DNA of 62,559 nucleotides, counting the filler, from Acidimicrobiia bacterium (GTDB taxonomy: Bacteria > Actinomycetota > Acidimicrobiia > Spongiisociales > SHLN01), in assembly GCA_041619515.1 (NCBI GenBank). It is 3 parts of 3 records of this genome, joined end to end, with 100 filler letters (N's around TTAATTAATTAA, not from the genome) between each part and the next. Parts side by side here need not be neighbours in the genome. Positions count along the whole stretch, not along the records: positions 42,386 to 62,559 come from JBFKDW010000055.1; 2 more parts are not named here. One strand, written 5' to 3'. A program made the position numbers and the translations under genes. Numbering within the stretch: the first letter of the stretch is position 1; the number at the start of each line of letters is the position of its first letter. Shown in pieces: positions 59,538-62,559 of this stretch. The notes beneath the pieces were generated by a model that had not been told where the DNA came from, did no database searches, and saw nothing but the letters and a program-made list of their open reading frames with translations.

Positions 59538-59683
59538 GGCGGGGCTCTTGCCCGGCGGATCGCGTGAGGATGCAGTAGTCCTGCGCAGCCCGACCACCTC
59601 CAGGGCCCGCCGATGAATGCTCGGCTTCCCTGTCAGATCGTGGTCCGGAGCGGAGCAATGTCTCAGCGGCCCGCCGGGTCGCC

Positions 59684-61363
59684 CTAATCGGTCACGCACC
59701 CTTCACTGGCCGACGCGACTGTTCGGATGTACCTGGCGAGGGCTCCGCGAGTGGCCTTGTGGGGTGGAGCGGTCCACGTCGCTCGCCGCCGCTCGAGCTC
59801 GGCGGGTTGCACGTCTATATCGATGGAATGGGAGGTGGCATCGATCGTGATGATGTCGCCGTCCTCGATGAGGGCGATGGGGCCGCCTTCCTGGGCCTCG
59901 GGGGTGACGTGGCCGATGATGAAGCCGTGGGAGCCACCCGAGAATCGGCCGTCGGTGATGAGGGCGACCTCTGAGCCCAGTCCCGCCCCCATGATCACGG
60001 AGGTGGGGGTGAGCATCTCGGGCATCCCGGGGCCACCCTTCGGTCCCTCGTACCGGATGACGATGACGTCGCCGGGGCCGATCCGGCCCGCCTCGACGGC
60101 CGCCAGCATCTCCTCCTCGCTGTCGAAGGCACGGGCCGGGCCCTCGAAACGGACTCCCTCCTTGCCCGTGATCTTGGCGACGGCGCCTTCGGGTGCCAGG
60201 CTGCCGCGCAGTACCTGGATGTGGCCGCTTTCCTTGATGGGCCGATCCCACGGGTGGATGACATCCTGCCGCTCGGCCAGGCCGGACAGGTCGGCCAGGT
60301 TCTCGGCCACCGTTCGCCCGGTGACGGTGAGGCAATCCCCGTCGATGGCGCCGTGCTCAAGCAGCAGCTTGAGCACCGCCGGCGTGCCGCCCACCTGATG
60401 GAGGTCCTCCATCACGTACTTTCCGCTCGGCTTCAAGTCGGCCAGGAAGGGAACCCGGTCGCTGACGCTCTGGAAGTCATCGAGCGATAGGTCTACGTCG
60501 ACCGACCGCGCCATCGCTATCAAATGCAGCACCGCATTCGTCGAGCCGCCGAGCGCCATCGTGATCGCCATGGCATTCTGGAAGGCCGGCGGGTTCATGA
60601 TGTCGGCCGGCAGGATGTTCCCTTCCAGCAGGGTACGGATGACGACACCGGCCCGGAAGCACTCGTCGAGCTTGGCGGGGTCGGTGGCCGGGGTGGAGGA
60701 GCTGTACGGGAGGCTCATCCCGAGCGCTTCGATGGCCGCGGCCATGGTGTTGGCGGTGTACATGCCGCCGCAGGCGCCTGCCCCCGGGCAGGCATGGCGC
60801 ACGATGTCGAAGCGCTCCTCCTCACTGATGCGGTCGGCGATGAATTCGCCGTAGGACTGGAACGCAGAGACGATGTCGAGCGCCTCACCCCCGGGGGCGA
60901 ACCCGGCGCGAATAGTCCCCCCATACACCATGAGCGACGGGCGGTTCACCCGCCCCATGGCCATGATCGAGCCGGGCATGTTCTTGTCACAGCCGGGAAT
61001 CGAGATGTTGGCGTCATACCACTGCGCCCGCATCACGGTTTCGATCGAGTCGGCGATCAGGTCCCGGCTCGGCAGCGAATAGCTCATGCCTTCGGTGCCC
61101 ATCGACATACCGTCCGACACCCCGATGGTGTTGAAGCGCATCCCCACCATGCCGGAGGCGGTGACGCCTTCCTTTACGGCGGCCGCCAGACCGTCGAGGT
61201 GCATGTTGCACGAGTTGCCTTCGTACCACATGCTGGCAATTCCGACCTGGGCCTTGTTCATGTCCGCCTCGGTGAGGCCGGTTGCGTACAACATGGCCTG
61301 CGACGCACCCTGGGAGGGCGGCTGGGTGATTCGCCTGCTCGTCCGGTTCAATTCCGCTGCCAT
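59684..61363 (-). CDS. ilvD: Dihydroxy-acid dehydratase
   Basis: [51 protein letters not shown]. Confidence 0.97.
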   Translation of the reverse strand: MAAELNRTSRRITQPPSQGASQAMLYATGLTEADMNKAQVGIASMWYEGNSCNMHLDGLAAAVKEGVTASGMVGMRFNTIGVSDGMSMGTEGMSYSLPSRDLIADSIETVMRAQWYDANISIPGCDKNMPGSIMAMGRVNRPSLMVYGGTIRAGFAPGGEALDIVSAFQSYGEFIADRISEEERFDIVRHACPGAGACGGMYTANTMAAAIEALGMSLPYSSSTPATDPAKLDECFRAGVVIRTLLEGNILPADIMNPPAFQNAMAITMALGGSTNAVLHLIAMARSVDVDLSLDDFQSVSDRVPFLADLKPSGKYVMEDLHQVGGTPAVLKLLLEHGAIDGDCLTVTGRTVAENLADLSGLAERQDVIHPWDRPIKESGHIQVLRGSLAPEGAVAKITGKEGVRFEGPARAFDSEEEMLAAVEAGRIGPGDVIVIRYEGPKGGPGMPEMLTPTSVIMGAGLGSEVALITDGRFSGGSHGFIIGHVTPEAQEGGPIALIEDGDIITIDATSHSIDIDVQPAELERRRATWTAPPHKATRGALARYIRTVASASEGCVTD

Positions 61364-61405
61364 GCGGGCATGTTAGAGGTCGCTTTGGGCAGATAGCCTG
61401 GTGGG

Positions 61406-62539
61406 ATGGACACCCCGCCGGCCGACGGCCTGCTGGCCCGCTTGCACGTGTTGGGCGAGAAGCACGGCCTCACCGGCCTCGGCGTGTGCCCGGTCGAGCC
61501 GTTCTCAGCAGTCAGGGAGGAGATGGAGCGGCGGCTCGCCTCCGGTGAATCTGGACGGAGGCGCTTCACCTACACCGACCCTGAGATTGCCACCGATATC
61601 CGCCGAACCTACCCGTGGGCCGAGCGTCTGCTGGTGGGCTCGATCAGCTATGTGCCGGCGGCAGGCCGCCCGGGGCCGCCCGCCGCCGACACGGGTCGGA
61701 TCGCTCGCTTCGCTACCTCCGACCACTATCGACCGCTGCGAGCAGCCCTCGCCCAGCTAGCAACCCACCTGGCAGGGGCGGGCTTTCGCGCCGAGGTGCT
61801 GGCCGACGACAACCGGCTCGTCGACAGGGCCGCCGCCGTGCGCGCCGGGTTGGCATGGTGGGGAAAGAGCACCATGGCGCTCGCCCCCCGGTACGGGCCG
61901 TGGCTGCTTCTCGGGTCGGTGGTCACCGATGCTGCACTCGCGGCGAGTGAACCGATGGTCAGGGACTGCGGGACGTGCACCGCCTGCATCCCGGCCTGTC
62001 CAACCGGTGCCCTCGACGTGGAGGGCGTCCTCGACGCCACGCTCTGCATCTCCTACTGGGCGCAGACTCCGGGGAACATCCCCACGGAGGTCCGGGACGC
62101 GTGGGGGGACCGGTTCTACGGGTGTGACGAGTGCCTCGACGCCTGCCCTCCGGGACAGCGCTGGGAGGCTGAGGCAACCTCACACGCCGGACGGGTGAAT
62201 CTGCTCGAGGTCCTCGCCGCCACGGATGAAGAGTTGATCGCCGAGTTCGCCCATTTCTATATCCCGCGCCGTGATGCCCGTTTTCTACGGAGGAACGCCC
62301 TCGTGGCGCTGGGCCACAGCGGCTCGCTGGCGGCGGTCCCCACCATTGCCCGCTACCTCCGCTCCCCGCAGCCGCTGCTGCGGGCTCATGCCGCCTGGGC
62401 GCTTGGTCGCATCGGCGCTGAAGCGGCTTCCGAAGCCTTGCGAGACGCGCAGGCGGGCGAGCTCGACGCTGAGGTGCTCGGCGAGATCGAGCAGGCACTC
62501 GGCATGCTGGGGGCGGGCCGGAAACCCCCGGTACCCTGA
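61406..62539 (+). CDS. queG: tRNA epoxyqueuosine(34) reductase
   Basis: DRAAA.RAGL, GKS, CGTCTACIPACPTG, CISY, GCDECLDACP, HEAT repeats. Confidence 0.93.
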   Translation: MDTPPADGLLARLHVLGEKHGLTGLGVCPVEPFSAVREEMERRLASGESGRRRFTYTDPEIATDIRRTYPWAERLLVGSISYVPAAGRPGPPAADTGRIARFATSDHYRPLRAALAQLATHLAGAGFRAEVLADDNRLVDRAAAVRAGLAWWGKSTMALAPRYGPWLLLGSVVTDAALAASEPMVRDCGTCTACIPACPTGALDVEGVLDATLCISYWAQTPGNIPTEVRDAWGDRFYGCDECLDACPPGQRWEAEATSHAGRVNLLEVLAATDEELIAEFAHFYIPRRDARFLRRNALVALGHSGSLAAVPTIARYLRSPQPLLRAHAAWALGRIGAEAASEALRDAQAGELDAEVLGEIEQALGMLGAGRKPPVP

Positions 62540-62559
62540 GCGCATGGACGTCGTGCGAT

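Overview
High-GC actinobacterial DNA (gene content suggests Acidimicrobiia; this is inference). It consists of three separate contigs joined by artificial N44-TTAATTAATTAA-N44 linkers at 21163-21262 and 42286-42385, so adjacency across the linkers means nothing. Contig 1 (1-21162): amino-acid ABC transporter end, gndA, thiN, fatty-acid enzymes, a SARP regulator facing a gene with a 105-bp tandem repeat, a LexA-boxed imuA-imuB pair without dnaE2, an MBOAT/SGNH pair, and the nrnA-truB-ribF-(3 inserted genes)-rpsO-pnp cluster. Contig 2 (21263-42285): a beta-1,3-glucan locus (GH1, GH149-like phosphorylase, 1691-aa GH16 whose catalytic domain sits inside a CBM-like module) with four CelR/CebR-type operators, then assorted enzymes, polX and a NarL-type two-component system next to a His-rich lipoprotein. 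Contig 3 (42386-62559): sat-cysC with an SLC13 transporter, ilvBN-leuA with two leader/attenuator elements, fbaA, an unassigned structured intergenic RNA candidate (about 54953-55120), a heme-c/copper-monooxygenase fusion lipoprotein, proS, a Cys4 microprotein behind a PafBC-type promoter, ilvD and queG. No rRNA, tRNA, CRISPR array or mobile element was seen. All family calls come from motif recognition, not database searches.
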